From NCBI GenBank assembly GCA_001918155.1, contig MNFJ01000105.1, forward strand, positions 7,299 to 71,298: 64,000 bases of DNA, in the 5' to 3' direction. Positions 63,136 to 64,000 of the stretch are shown one piece after another. Both the position numbers and the translations under genes were made by a program. The notes under the pieces were generated by a model. That model was not told the origin of the DNA. It saw only the letters and a list, made by a program, of their open reading frames with translations, and made no database searches. Origin of the DNA: Deltaproteobacteria bacterium 13_1_40CM_4_68_19. GTDB lineage: Bacteria > Myxococcota > Myxococcia > Myxococcales > 40CM-4-68-19. Position 1 is the first letter of the stretch, and every line of letters begins with the position of its first letter.

Positions 63136-64000
63136 CTACGGCGCGAGCAGGAACCAAGCCTTGAGATATTCGGTCTCCGGGACACCGATCAGTGGCGGGT
63201 GATCCCGTGAAGCTCCACGGCGCTCCAGCAGCTGCAGCGGCCGCTTGGCCTCCTGCGACGCCCAGGCGACGACTTCGCCGAACAGCTCGTTCGTCACCCG
63301 ACCCGAGCAGGAACAGGTCACGAGCAGACCGCCGGGTTTGAGGTTGCGCAGTGCGCGATAGTTGATCTCGCGGTAGGCCCGGAGCGCTCCCTCGACGCCT
63401 TCCTTCCGCTTCGCGAACGCCGGCGGATCGAGAACGATGGTGTCGAACTTTCGCCCTTCGGCGTCGAACGCGCGCAGCGCCTCGATGGCGTTCTGCGCGC
63501 GCGTCACCACGTTTCCTAGCGCGTTGCGGGCGGCGTTCTCGCGCGTGCGTTGGACCGCCGTTGCGTCCTGATCGATGGCGAGCACCTGCTTCGCCTTGCG
63601 CGCGAGCTGCAGCGCGAAGCCGCCGTGATAGCAGAATGCGTCCAGGGCCTCGCCGCGCGCCAGCTCGCCGGCGCGCAGGTGGTTTTCCGCCTGGTCCAGG
63701 TAGCCGCCGGTCTTGTGATCGACGAGGAGATCGACCTCGAGAGCGACGTCTCCCTCGTGGTACCGGGCACGAAATTCGTTGCCGAAGAGGGGCTCCGCCC
63801 GCCGCGGGAGCTGCTCGAAGTCACGGGCGGAGCCGTCGTCGCGGGCCACGACGGCGCGCGCTCCCGTCAGCTCGACGAGGAGGCGCGCGAGCTGCTCGCG
63901 GCGCGCCTCGGCCCACTCGGCGAGATGCTGGACGGCAGCCACTCCGTCGTAGAGGTCCGCGAAGTACCCCGGGAGCAGGTCCGCCTCGCCGTGCACGAGG
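63136..64000 (-). CDS. Class I SAM-dependent rRNA methyltransferase (RlmI/RlmK-like), 5' end beyond window
   Basis: ALDAFCYHGGFALQLA, VLAIDQD, IVLDPPAFAK and LVTCSCS are typical of RlmI-type m5C methyltransferases. The ORF is open at the window edge. Confidence 0.75.
   Translation of the reverse strand, partial: LVHGEADLLPGYFADLYDGVAAVQHLAEWAEARREQLARLLVELTGARAVVARDDGSARDFEQLPRRAEPLFGNEFRARYHEGDVALEVDLLVDHKTGGYLDQAENHLRAGELARGEALDAFCYHGGFALQLARKAKQVLAIDQDATAVQRTRENAARNALGNVVTRAQNAIEALRAFDAEGRKFDTIVLDPPAFAKRKEGVEGALRAYREINYRALRNLKPGGLLVTCSCSGRVTNELFGEVVAWASQEAKRPLQLLERRGASRDHPPLIGVPETEYLKAWFLLAP

Overview
Very GC-rich (roughly 70% by eye, not computed) bacterial chromosomal segment. About 67 protein-coding genes are packed almost end to end, and many are joined by 4-nt ATGA/GTGA/TTGA stop-start overlaps. 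By eye I found no rRNA, tRNA, CRISPR array, transposase, integrase or phage genes. Most long ORFs in the six-frame track are alternate-frame or antisense shadows typical of high-GC DNA and were discarded. The gene content (SpmA/SpmB pair, large beta-barrel OMP, histone-fold singlet, several c-di-GMP parts, a sigma54-like promoter) suggests a Myxococcota/Bdellovibrionota-type lineage; this is inference only. Main blocks: (i) 1.0-12.2 kb, an 11-gene minus-strand propionyl-CoA to methylmalonyl-CoA cluster (pccB, biotin carboxylase, BCCP, B12-mutase catalytic subunit) interleaved with unrelated genes. (ii) ogt plus an ada/alkA fusion. (iii) Housekeeping genes: fumC, pdxH, rsmE, prmA, M16 peptidase, RluA-family synthase. 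(iv) 35.7-44.2 kb, a lysine/DAP succinylase supercluster (lipoprotein-lysA-dapA-dapB-FAH-dapC-[dead kinase]-dapD-dapE-folK). (v) TetR(FadR-like)-etfB-etfA with a clear promoter and operator. (vi) Transporters, MBL/NUDIX proteins, a fatty-acid-hydroxylase/CPBP fusion, an HD protein and two HD-GYP signalling proteins. I found no clear-cut novel multi-gene system. The most interesting observations are: a candidate bacterial histone gene; two families of conserved intergenic hairpin repeat cassettes with an AT-rich 18-19-nt motif; a perfect 27-bp sigma54-like direct repeat bracketing a broken beta-propeller gene; a 128/129-nt intragenic duplication that replaces the middle of an MBL gene yet keeps the frame open; and five internally deleted or frameshifted genes inside otherwise intact operons. 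All coordinates and alignments were derived by hand and need computational confirmation.
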